A stretch of 32,000 bases of DNA from Hyphomonadaceae bacterium UBA4763 (GTDB lineage: Bacteria; Pseudomonadota; Alphaproteobacteria; Caulobacterales; Aquidulcibacteraceae). The position numbers and the translations under genes are program-made. Position 1 is the stretch's first letter; every line of letters begins with the position of its first letter. Below the pieces are notes generated by a model. That model saw only the letters and a program-made list of their open reading frames with translations. It was not told where the DNA came from and made no database searches. The DNA is taken from the NCBI GenBank assembly GCA_002403455.1, contig DHHV01000128.1:8987-40986 (forward strand). Direction: 5' to 3'. This document shows positions 24,405 through 32,000 of the stretch, piece by piece.

Positions 24405-26174
24405 GTGAAGCAATTCTTTATCACCGTGTTCGGCGTCATCGTCGGCATGATCGTGTTTTCGGTGTTGATGTTGTTCGTCCTGCCATTGGTGTTGATCGGC
24501 GTCGTCGCCAGCGCGACCAGCGGAACGGAAAAAGCGCCGTCCTCGATGGTGCTGACGATCGATTTGCGCGAGCCGGTCGCTGACCAACCGGCGCGGACGG
24601 CGTTGCCGGGCCTTGAGCCCAACTCGACCTTGCGGGTCGTGCGGCATTTGGCGGCCGCCAAGACCGATGACCGCGTCAAAGGCGTTTACCTGCGCGGCGC
24701 GGAGTTCGGCGCGCCGATGGCGTTTGCCGAGGAATTGCGCGCCAGCCTGCAAGATTTCCGCAGCAGCGGCAAATTCGTGATCGCTCATACGCAAGGCTTG
24801 GAGGCGTCCAGCCTGTCCGGCTATGTCGCTTTGGCCGACGCCGATGAATTGTGGATGCAACAGGCCGGCACTTTCGCCATTGCCGGCTATTCGTTCGAGC
24901 CTTTTTTTGCGCGCGGCGTGCTCGACAATCTGAAAATCACGCCGGATTACATCCAGTATGAAGCCTATAAGGGCGCGGCCGACACCTTTACGCAAACCGG
25001 CTTCACGCCGGAATTTCGGGAGAGCTTTGGCCAATTGGCGCAAGGCCTCTATGACGCCTCGATGGCGATGATCGCCACCGATCGCGCGCGCAGCGTCGAG
25101 GAGCTGACAACCTTATTCGCCGCCGGGCCGTATAATGCCGGGCAGGCGTTGGAAAACCGCTTGATCGACAAGATCGGCTTCCCCGAAGACGCTGCGCAGG
25201 CCGCCTTGTCGCGGGCGGGCGCCGGCGCCGAATTTGTCGAACTCGCCGATTATGAGCCGACCGCCAGCGCCAGCGGGCCGGAAATCGCCGTTATCGGCGG
25301 CGAAGGGCCGGTTGAGACGGGCGGGGGCGACAGCGATTTATTCTCCGCGCCAGCCGGGTTCGCCAGCGATACGCTCGCCAAAGCCTTCAAAGACGCCACC
25401 GAGGATGCGGACGTCAAAGCCATCGTCTTTCGCGTGAACACGCCCGGCGGCTCGGTCTCGGCCTCGGAGCAAATCTGGGACGCAGTGCGCCGCGCCAAAG
25501 AGGCCGGCAAGCCGGTGATCGTCTCGATGGGACCACAAGCGACCTCGGGAGGCTATTACGTCTCCGCCAATGCCGATGCGGTGGTGGCGCTCGACACCAC
25601 GATCACCGGCTCGATCGGCGTCGTTTTCGGCAAATTTGTCACCAAAGGCGCAACCGATTGGCTGGGCCTCAATTTTGAAGAACTGACCTATGGACCCGAA
25701 CATGCCAACGCTTTCACTGGCCAGCGCGCGTTCAGCAATTATGAGCGCACGCGGCTCGATGGCTTGATCAAGGAAGCCTATTTCGACTTCACCCAAAAAG
25801 TTGCGGACGGCCGCAATTTGCCGGTCGACCAGGTGCGCGCGAGCCTTGCCGGCGGGCGGCTGTGGACCGGCGCGCAAGCGCGCGAGCGCGGCCTCGCCAC
25901 CCATGCCGGCGGCTTTATGGCGGCGATTGCGGTCGCCAAGGAAAAAGCCGGGATTGCGGCGGAAGAGCCGGTGACGCTGAAATTCCTTCCCCTCCCGGAG
26001 GACCCGTTTACCGCATTCACCAAGGCCTTGGGCGCCTCGGCGCAAGCCCCGCAAACCCTCGGCGCGCTGATGCGGGCCGCAAAAGCGGCGCGACTGGATG
26101 AGGCGGCGGCGGCCGTGGAGCAGGCGCGCCAGCCCGGCGCGCAAAGCTGGACGCCGGCGCTCGCGCCGCGTTAA
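24405..26174 (+). CDS. sppA: Signal peptide peptidase SppA, 67K type (two S49 domains)
   Basis: 589 aa; GTG start preceded by GGAGG. An N-terminal TM anchor is followed by two ClpP/S49-like halves. The second half carries GPQATSGGYYVSANAD (catalytic Ser region). Confidence 0.9.
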   Translation: MKQFFITVFGVIVGMIVFSVLMLFVLPLVLIGVVASATSGTEKAPSSMVLTIDLREPVADQPARTALPGLEPNSTLRVVRHLAAAKTDDRVKGVYLRGAEFGAPMAFAEELRASLQDFRSSGKFVIAHTQGLEASSLSGYVALADADELWMQQAGTFAIAGYSFEPFFARGVLDNLKITPDYIQYEAYKGAADTFTQTGFTPEFRESFGQLAQGLYDASMAMIATDRARSVEELTTLFAAGPYNAGQALENRLIDKIGFPEDAAQAALSRAGAGAEFVELADYEPTASASGPEIAVIGGEGPVETGGGDSDLFSAPAGFASDTLAKAFKDATEDADVKAIVFRVNTPGGSVSASEQIWDAVRRAKEAGKPVIVSMGPQATSGGYYVSANADAVVALDTTITGSIGVVFGKFVTKGATDWLGLNFEELTYGPEHANAFTGQRAFSNYERTRLDGLIKEAYFDFTQKVADGRNLPVDQVRASLAGGRLWTGAQARERGLATHAGGFMAAIAVAKEKAGIAAEEPVTLKFLPLPEDPFTAFTKALGASAQAPQTLGALMRAAKAARLDEAAAAVEQARQPGAQSWTPALAPR

Positions 26175-26286
26175 CAAGACGGGAAAAAGGTCTGCCTGCT
26201 GGGTCCGTTGGTTGGGGCGGCGACCCGGCGGGCCGACGAGTTTAGCGTCAGTTTTAGCTGGAGCTTTAATTATTTCTTGTCAGCGG

Positions 26287-27183
26287 TTACAGAGCGTCCC
26301 GCGAACCTAGATTTTGGCTTGCCGCCCAAGCTTCGGCGCAGCCCTTGGCGAGATTGCGCACCCGGGCGATGAAGCTTTGCCGCTCGGTGGGCGACACCAC
26401 GCCGCGCGCGTCGAGCTGATTGAACAAATGCGAGGCCTTTAGCGCATAATCATAAGCGGGCAGCGGCAGCGGCTTTGGCAAAGCCAATAATGCCGCGCAT
26501 TGCCGCTCGGCGTCTTCGAACCAGCGCAAGATCATGGCGGAGTCGGATTGTTCGAAATTAAACGCCGAGAATTGCTTTTCTTGCTCCAAGAAAACATCGC
26601 CATAGGTCAGACCAGCGCCATTAAAATCCAGATCATAGACATTGTCGATATTTTGCACATACATGGCGAGGCGCTCGAGACCATAGGTCAACTCGCCCGA
26701 CACCGGATTGCAGTCCAGCCCGCCAACCTGCTGGAAATAGGTGTATTGCGAGACCTCCATCCCATCGCACCAGACTTCCCAGCCAAGGCCCCAGGCCCCG
26801 ACCGTTGGGTTCTCCCAATCGTCTTCGACAAAGCGAATGTCGTGTTCGGCAAAATCAACGCCGATCGCCGCCAGCGATTGCAGGTACAGCGATTGCATAT
26901 TCGGCGGGTTGGGCTTCAAAATGACCTGGAATTGATAATAATGCTGCAGCCGATTGGGGTTTTCGCCATAGCGCCCGTCCTTTGGCCGCCGCGAAGGCTG
27001 CACATAGGCCGCGCGCCAGGGCTTTGGCCCGAGCGAGCGCAAACAGGTCGCTGGATGCAGCGTGCCGGCCCCGACCTCCACGTCATAGGGCTGTAAAATC
27101 GCGCAGCCTTGCGCGGCCCAGAAATTCTGCAAGGTCAGGATAACGCCCTGAAAGCTCAGCGGCGCTGTGTTTGTGGCGGTCAT
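26287..27183 (-). CDS. glyQ: Glycine--tRNA ligase alpha subunit
   Basis: Start at Met94 of ORF 26287..27462 ([34 protein letters not shown]...), giving 298 aa. [30 protein letters not shown] and [22 protein letters not shown] are diagnostic GlyQ blocks. Confidence 0.95.
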   Translation of the reverse strand: MTATNTAPLSFQGVILTLQNFWAAQGCAILQPYDVEVGAGTLHPATCLRSLGPKPWRAAYVQPSRRPKDGRYGENPNRLQHYYQFQVILKPNPPNMQSLYLQSLAAIGVDFAEHDIRFVEDDWENPTVGAWGLGWEVWCDGMEVSQYTYFQQVGGLDCNPVSGELTYGLERLAMYVQNIDNVYDLDFNGAGLTYGDVFLEQEKQFSAFNFEQSDSAMILRWFEDAERQCAALLALPKPLPLPAYDYALKASHLFNQLDARGVVSPTERQSFIARVRNLAKGCAEAWAASQNLGSRDAL

Positions 27184-27198
27184 GGCGGCGGTTTTAGC

Positions 27199-27229
27199 GG
27201 GCGCAATGGGGGGCGCAAGGGGGGGCGCT
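27199..27229. repeat. Three imperfect tandem copies of G(3-7)CGCAA/T in the glyQ / sel1-like divergent region
   Basis: Read directly: GGGCGCAAT GGGGGGCGCAA GGGGGGGCGCT. The repeat lies 16-46 nt upstream of the glyQ ATG (27183, minus strand). Confidence 0.6.
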
Positions 27230-27286
27230 GGAACTAACACAGAAGAGGTGGTATCATAATTTCCGAAGTTGACATTGGAGAGCACA

Positions 27287-28042
27287 ATGGCCCGCGTCAG
27301 CAAATACCTCGAAAGGTTGTATTCGATCCTTTTCGCATGTGTTTTTTCGTCGGCCTTTGCACAGGAACCGCTTAACGAACGTTTTGCGCGCGAGTTTGCG
27401 CCGTTTAGTAAAGCCGCTGCGGAAGCCGCCAAAGAAATGGAAGGAACGGATCTATTCCTCATTGCGAAGGAAATGGATAGCGCAGTTCCTGGCCGTCGCG
27501 GGCAGGTTGATGATAAACGCGCAGCGCGCCTATATGAAGCGGCGTGCGCTTTTATGGAAGCATTCGCGTGTAATAACCTAGGTTTAATGTACGAGCAAGG
27601 ACGCGGCGTAATTCAAGAATATGCACGCGCAGCCGATTACTATAATCAAAGCTGCAAAGGTAAGGACCATCGCGGGTGTTATAACGTTGGATTAATGCTT
27701 TTGGATGGACGCGGAATCGAACAAGACCTCCTTCAGGCAGCAACCAATTTTCGCTTGGCTTGTGATGGGGGCCTCACGAGCGGCTGCAATGAACTCGGGG
27801 TCATGCTTCAAAATGGAATTGGATTGCCGCAAGATGAAAGGCTTGCGGTTGCGCTTTTCCGCGCCGCTTGTGATGACGGTCTCGCCGACGGGTGCGGCAA
27901 TTTGGGCTTCTTGGTTTGTCAAGGACGCGGCGTCGAACAGAATCAACATGAAGGAACGCTATTGATGCGACGAGCCTGCGATAGCGGCGAACCAAACACG
28001 CAAATCCATTGCGAACGCTTATCGGAAAAGGGTCTGCAGTAA
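27287..28042 (+). CDS. Secreted Sel1-like repeat protein, cysteine-rich (Helicobacter Hcp-like)
   Basis: GGAG lies 6 nt before ATG 27287. Signal peptide [25 protein letters not shown]|QE. SLR repeats recur with 36-aa period ([52 protein letters not shown]), each preceded by a C-x7-C pair. Confidence 0.85.
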   Translation: MARVSKYLERLYSILFACVFSSAFAQEPLNERFAREFAPFSKAAAEAAKEMEGTDLFLIAKEMDSAVPGRRGQVDDKRAARLYEAACAFMEAFACNNLGLMYEQGRGVIQEYARAADYYNQSCKGKDHRGCYNVGLMLLDGRGIEQDLLQAATNFRLACDGGLTSGCNELGVMLQNGIGLPQDERLAVALFRAACDDGLADGCGNLGFLVCQGRGVEQNQHEGTLLMRRACDSGEPNTQIHCERLSEKGLQ

Positions 28043-28109
28043 TTGTTCGGCGACCTGTTATAGACTGCAGCCGTTCTGAAGAATCATACGCCCGCCCGAT
28101 ATCTCAGCC

Positions 28110-28538
28110 CTACTCCCCGTCCTCTCCCTCGCGCCAGGACCGGCCGGCTTTGACCGCCGCCCGGACCGATTTCGCCTGCAGCCGGCGGCGCACCGAGCCT
28201 TGCGTGGGGCGGGTCGCGCGGCGTTCCTTTGGGGGGGCGGCGGCGGCCATCACCAGCGCCGCCAGCCGGGCGCGGGCGTCGGCGCGATTGCGCGGCTGAT
28301 CGCGAAAACGTTGCGCGACCAGGATGATTTCCCCGCTTTGGGCGAGGTAACGGCGCGCTTGCGCGGCGAGGCGCAGACGCACGGGCTCTGGCAAAGACCG
28401 ATTGCGGGCGAGGTCAAAGCGCAATTCCACCGCGCTCGACACCTTGTTGACATTTTGCCCGCCCGGGCCTTGCGCCAGAATGAACCGCTCGGTCAAATCG
28501 GCTTCGTCGATGAAAAGATCGTCCGTGACCCGCATCAA
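28110..28538 (-). CDS. arfB: Alternative ribosome-rescue factor ArfB (peptidyl-tRNA hydrolase, YaeJ family)
   Basis: 142 aa. The GGQ motif sits in AQGPGGQNVNKVSSAVELRF, and the C-terminal tail is basic. Confidence 0.9.
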   Translation of the reverse strand: MMRVTDDLFIDEADLTERFILAQGPGGQNVNKVSSAVELRFDLARNRSLPEPVRLRLAAQARRYLAQSGEIILVAQRFRDQPRNRADARARLAALVMAAAAPPKERRATRPTQGSVRRRLQAKSVRAAVKAGRSWREGEDGE

Positions 28539-28555
28539 CGCCTCCGAATGCTTAT

Positions 28556-29074
28556 TCAGCCCGCCTTCGGCATCTCGCCGAGGAAATCCGCTTTGCCGAG
28601 CTCAACCCCGCATTGACGCAAGATCGCGTAAGCGGCGGTGACGTGGAAATACAAATTCGGCAGGATGAAGTGCAGCAACATGGCGTCGCGCTTAAAGGTC
28701 ACGGTCCCATTGCGCATGGGGAGCATTACTTGCCCGTCCGGATCGGCGTTGATCGCGTCGCGGTCGAGGCTGTCAATATAGGCCTTGGCGCTGGCGACGC
28801 GCGCTTGCAGCTCGGCAAAGCTGGTTTCGACATCGGGGAAGGATTTCGGTTCTTGCCCGGCTAGGCGCGCCAGGCCGCGCGCCGGGATGTCGCAAGCGAT
28901 CTGGATTTGCCGCGCCAAGGGAAACATGTCGGGCGCCAGCCGCCAGTGCAGCAAATTGGCTTCCGGCAAATTGCGGGCGGCGCAATGCGCCGCGCCTTTG
29001 GCGAGCATCCGGTCGAGCGCGCCGAACATTTGCGACAGCGACGCATCAGCGATCGCGGCGACGGAAAAAGTCAT
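28556..29074 (-). CDS. DUF1993-domain protein (DinB-like helical bundle)
   Basis: Start at Met28 of ORF 28556..29155. The C-terminal LPNLYFHVTAAYAILRQCGVELGKADFLG matches my recollection of DUF1993. It lies 17 nt upstream of arfB, so the two are probably co-transcribed. Confidence 0.75.
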   Translation of the reverse strand: MTFSVAAIADASLSQMFGALDRMLAKGAAHCAARNLPEANLLHWRLAPDMFPLARQIQIACDIPARGLARLAGQEPKSFPDVETSFAELQARVASAKAYIDSLDRDAINADPDGQVMLPMRNGTVTFKRDAMLLHFILPNLYFHVTAAYAILRQCGVELGKADFLGEMPKAG

Positions 29075-29179
29075 GTTGTGGACCCCTGGCGGAATGAAGT
29101 TCGCCCGGTTTCCGGGCGCGCCGCTCTTAGCGCAGTTTAATCGCGCGCGCCGCAACGAACTTCGATCCGATCAGCGATT

Positions 29180-30346
29180 TCACCGTTGCGCAAAATTGTT
29201 TGATAGACCGTCGAAATAGGCGTCAATGGCGCGCGCGACGGCCGTCATGCGTTTTTTTTGCTCGGCCGGATTGGTCAGCTGCCGCTCGTCGTCGGCATTG
29301 GTGATGAAGCCCATTTCCAACAAAACGGCGGGGGGTTCGGGGGTGAGCAAGACATAAAACTCCGCCGCCCGATGGGTGCGACGCAACAACGCGCCGGCTT
29401 TTTCCAGCTCCGGCACCAGGAGTTTGGCGAATTGGCGCGAGCGCGACACTGATTCGTTCAAGGCAAGATCGCGCAACACCCGATTGACCGGATCGGCGAG
29501 CTCCTCGGCCTCATCGACCGACACCGCCCAATTATGCTCATCGCCAATCCGGCGCGCCCGATCAAAGCCGGTGGTCGACAGCGAATAGACGGCTGCGCCG
29601 CGCAAATTGGGGTTGGCGCCGGAATCAGCATGCAGCGAAATGAACAGATCGGCGCGGCGGCTGCGCGCAAATTCAACGCGGGCGTCAAGGCTGGGCAGGC
29701 TATCGCCGGTGCGGGTCAGCGAGACGTCATAACCACGCGCCGTTAGAATGCTTTCCAAGGCGCGGGCGGCGGCGAGCGTGACGTCTTTCTCTTTCGCGCC
29801 ATTGCGGCCGCGCGCCCCCGGATCTTCGCCGCCATGGCCGGGATCGATGACGATATGGCGGCGCTTTTCGACCAAAGAGGCGGGCTGCGACGCTTCGCCA
29901 GCCGAAACAGCTTGCGGGTTGGGGGCCGCGTCAGCCTTGACGTCGATCACATAGCGGAACGGCTGGCCAGGGCCGGCGGGGTCGAGCGCAAAATGCGCGC
30001 CGAGCCGCGCGCCCTCAGCCAAACGAAGCGTAATGGTTGCGGCCGCGGCGGCGCTTTGGATATCGTAGGATTTGACCGCGCCAATCCCGTCGCCGCGCGG
30101 GCGCGCGGCCTTGACCGGCGCGTCCAACGCCAGAACGATCGCGCCGGGCGTCGAATCTTCCCGAACCTGTGGGGCCAGCTTTCGCGCGCTGTCGATCACA
30201 ACCCGGGCCCCGTCAGCGCGCGCGCCAAAACGCAAATCGATCGGCACCGCATCCACGGCCACCGCGCGCGAGGGCGCCATCAGCCCGAAGAGGCTGGCTG
30301 CAAACGCTGCGAGGGTCACGCCGATCCGCCACGTCACGAGGCGCAT
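29180..30346 (-). CDS. N-acetylmuramoyl-L-alanine amidase (amidase_3 with N-terminal AMIN-like domain, AmiC-like)
   Basis: Signal peptide ..AAFAASLFGLMAPSRAVA. Amidase_3 blocks: IVIDPGHGGEDPGARG, DLFISLHADS, PAVLLEMGFITN. The AGGAGG is only 1 nt from ATG 30346, so the GTG at codon 4 is an alternative start. Confidence 0.9.
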   Translation of the reverse strand: MRLVTWRIGVTLAAFAASLFGLMAPSRAVAVDAVPIDLRFGARADGARVVIDSARKLAPQVREDSTPGAIVLALDAPVKAARPRGDGIGAVKSYDIQSAAAAATITLRLAEGARLGAHFALDPAGPGQPFRYVIDVKADAAPNPQAVSAGEASQPASLVEKRRHIVIDPGHGGEDPGARGRNGAKEKDVTLAAARALESILTARGYDVSLTRTGDSLPSLDARVEFARSRRADLFISLHADSGANPNLRGAAVYSLSTTGFDRARRIGDEHNWAVSVDEAEELADPVNRVLRDLALNESVSRSRQFAKLLVPELEKAGALLRRTHRAAEFYVLLTPEPPAVLLEMGFITNADDERQLTNPAEQKKRMTAVARAIDAYFDGLSNNFAQR

Positions 30347-30817
30347 TCCTCCTTCTGGAAGAGACGGGTTCCGCGCCGGGACATTGGCGCGGCGCCAGCC
30401 GACTCAAAGGTCATTCATTATACATATCACGGGCTGCAATTTCGTTGACGAAATCAGCGAAGATTGATCCCTTTTCAACCGACGCGATTTGCGCCATCAT
30501 AAGGGATAGCGTTTGCGGGCCGCCGCCAGATGAACCGGCGCCTGCCTTTGCGCTATTGCCGACAAATTCAACGCGCTTTCGGGCTAAAAGCCGTTAGCGC
30601 GGCGATCTTGTGGTCGTATTTAGGTGTGCTCAGAGTGAACTTGAGCTGAATGGAAACGATGACCGATTGGTTCCAGCACGATTGCTCCACCGCGCCGGCC
30701 TTGCGCCGACCTGCGGTTGGCGCAAGCTCTTTCGCCTGCTTTGATCTCTCCCTAACGGCCGCCGGTTTCCATCCGTTAAGCCGCAGTTCCGCTGCGCCGC
30801 GCCTTTTAATGCCTCGG

Positions 30818-30836
30818 CTCCCTGGCGCGCCAGGAG
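30818..30836 (+). promoter_or_regulatory. Hairpin/palindrome overlapping the rne Shine-Dalgarno
   Basis: CCTGGCGCGCCAGG is a perfect palindrome at 30821-30834, extendable to CTCC(C)TGGCG/CGCCAGGAG. The GGAG at 30833-36 lies 6 nt before ATG 30843. Confidence 0.3.
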
Positions 30837-30842
30837 AAATCC

Positions 30843-32000
30843 ATGTCCAAACATATGCTTATCGACGCCGCTCACCTCGAGGAGGTCCGCGTCGCGGTCG
30901 TTGACGGCCAAGACATTCACGATTTTGATTTCGAAAGCAGCGCCAAGAAACAGCTTCGCGGCAATATTTACCTCGCCAAGGTGACGCGCGTTGAACCTTC
31001 GCTGCAGGCGGCGTTCGTCGATTATGGCGGCAATCGCCACGGCTTTTTGGCCTTTCCGGAAATTCACCCGGATTATTACCGGATCCCGGTCGCGGATCGG
31101 CAAGCATTGATTGCAGCCGAACGCGCCGCCGCCATGAGCGAAGACGGCGATGAGGATGACGATGACGGCGAAGGATCGCGCGCGCGCAATCGCTCCGCCG
31201 CTTTGCAGCGTTACCGCATCCAAGAGGTGATCAAGCGCGGGCAGAATCTGCTTGTGCAAGTGGTCAAAGAAGAACGCGGCGGCAAAGGCGCGGCGCTGAC
31301 GACTTATTTGTCCTTGGCCGGACGCTATTGCGTGCTGATGCCGAATTCGGGCCGGGGCGGCGGCATTTCGCGCAAAATCACCAACCAGGCCGACCGCAAG
31401 CGGTTGAAAAAAGTTGTCTCCGATCTCGCCGTGCCGGACGGCATCGGTCTGATCGTGCGCACCGCAGGCGCCAAGCGCACCAAGACCGAAATCAAGCGCG
31501 ATTACGAATATTTGCTGCGACTATGGGAAGACATCCGCACGCGGACCTTATCGTCCTTTGCGCCAGCCCGCATCCATGAAGAAGGCAGCCTAATCAAACG
31601 GGCGCTGCGCGATCTGTTCGACAAGGACCTTGAATCGATCCAGATCGAAGGCGAAGCCGGCTATCGCGAAGCCAAAGACTTCGTGAAAATGATGATGCCG
31701 AGCCAGGCCCGGAAAATTCATCAGCACAAAGACTCAACGCCCTTGCTGGCGGCCTATGGCGTTGAAAAGCAGCTCGAGACGATCTTCTCGCCGATCGTGC
31801 AATTGCGCTCGGGCGGCTATTTGGTGATCAACCAGACCGAAGCTTTGGTGGCGATCGACGTCAATTCTGGCAAATCGACCAAAGAGCGCTCGATCGAAGG
31901 CACGGCGCTGCGCACCAATTTAGAGGCGGCGTCGGAAGCAGCGCGGCAAATGCGCTTGCGTGATTTGGCCGGGCTGGTGGTCATCGACTTTATCGACATG
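30843..32000 (+). CDS. rne: Ribonuclease E, N-terminal catalytic region (3'-partial, runs off the window)
   Basis: Not in the ORF track because it has no stop. I translated the frame by hand from ATG 30843 to 32000 and found no stop. MSKHMLIDAAHLEEVRVAVVDG, S1-domain blocks NIYLAKVTRVEPSLQAAFVDYG and KEERGGKGAALTTYLSLAGRYCVLMPN, and the catalytic ALVAIDVNSGK and GLVVIDFIDM are all present. Confidence 0.95.
   Translation, partial: MSKHMLIDAAHLEEVRVAVVDGQDIHDFDFESSAKKQLRGNIYLAKVTRVEPSLQAAFVDYGGNRHGFLAFPEIHPDYYRIPVADRQALIAAERAAAMSEDGDEDDDDGEGSRARNRSAALQRYRIQEVIKRGQNLLVQVVKEERGGKGAALTTYLSLAGRYCVLMPNSGRGGGISRKITNQADRKRLKKVVSDLAVPDGIGLIVRTAGAKRTKTEIKRDYEYLLRLWEDIRTRTLSSFAPARIHEEGSLIKRALRDLFDKDLESIQIEGEAGYREAKDFVKMMMPSQARKIHQHKDSTPLLAAYGVEKQLETIFSPIVQLRSGGYLVINQTEALVAIDVNSGKSTKERSIEGTALRTNLEAASEAARQMRLRDLAGLVVIDFIDM

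Noticed and set aside
27184-27462. N-terminal 93-aa extension of the glyQ ORF (track 26287..27462), overlapping the sel1-like gene start.
   Set aside because: GlyQ homology begins at [15 protein letters not shown] (ATG 27183). The extension is Pro/Ala-rich, reads through the G-rich tandem repeat, and would overlap the divergent gene and its promoter.
29102-29118. Hairpin CGCCCGG-TTT-CCGGGCG between the amidase and DUF1993 genes, considered as a terminator.
   Set aside because: There is no U-tract on the minus (coding) strand side and the stem is only 7 bp. This is insufficient to call a terminator.
30630-31259. 209-aa minus-strand ORF and 84-aa plus-strand ORF (30650..30904) in and around the rne leader.
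   Set aside because: The minus-strand ORF is antisense to the unambiguous rne coding region. The plus-strand ORF is out of frame with rne, Ala/Pro/Arg-rich, and lacks a ribosome-binding site.
1-32000. Scan of the whole window for tRNA/rRNA genes, CRISPR arrays, IS elements, integrases or prophage genes.
   Set aside because: I saw no T-loop-like GGTTCGAATCC strings in intergenic DNA. I saw no spaced direct-repeat array. No transposase, integrase or phage-like translations appear in any listed ORF.

Overview
This is a high-GC chromosomal window, roughly 60-68% in the stretches I hand-counted. From gene content and order it looks alphaproteobacterial, Hyphomicrobiales/Rhizobiales-like (inference). 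All calls come from reading the supplied ORF translations and the DNA; no searches were run, so family names are motif-level recognitions.

(1) 0-9.1 kb: a DUF1214 fragment and a TonB-dependent receptor (+). Convergent to the receptor lies a five-gene minus-strand operon: alpha/beta hydrolase, DsbA/HCCA-isomerase-like protein, Tat PhoD-like metallophosphoesterase, PQQ-like propeller lipoprotein, GntR regulator. All five genes are chained by ATGA / ATGGCTGA start-stop overlaps. An identical 12-bp palindrome, ATTGTCGACAAT, sits upstream of both the receptor gene and the operon. This is my headline candidate for an undescribed GntR-controlled uptake/hydrolysis module.

(2) 9.2-11.7 kb: an Hsp20 + DUF1150 pair, and a solitary DUF262 (GmrSD-like) protein whose C-terminal nuclease motif looks degenerate.

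(3) 11.9-22.7 kb: a sigma-54 response regulator divergent from a Caulobacter-type flagellar block, fliF-fliG-fliH-fliN-flbD-flhA-flhF-flhG.

(4) 22.8-32 kb, mostly housekeeping: ahcY, sppA, glyQ, a markedly low-GC Sel1/Hcp-like cysteine-rich secreted protein (probable horizontal acquisition), arfB, DUF1993, an amidase_3 cell-wall amidase, and the 5' part of rne behind a ~500-nt leader.

A ~110-nt intergenic repeat occurs twice, each copy ending exactly on the stop codon of a regulator gene. I saw no tRNA/rRNA, CRISPR array, transposase or integrase.
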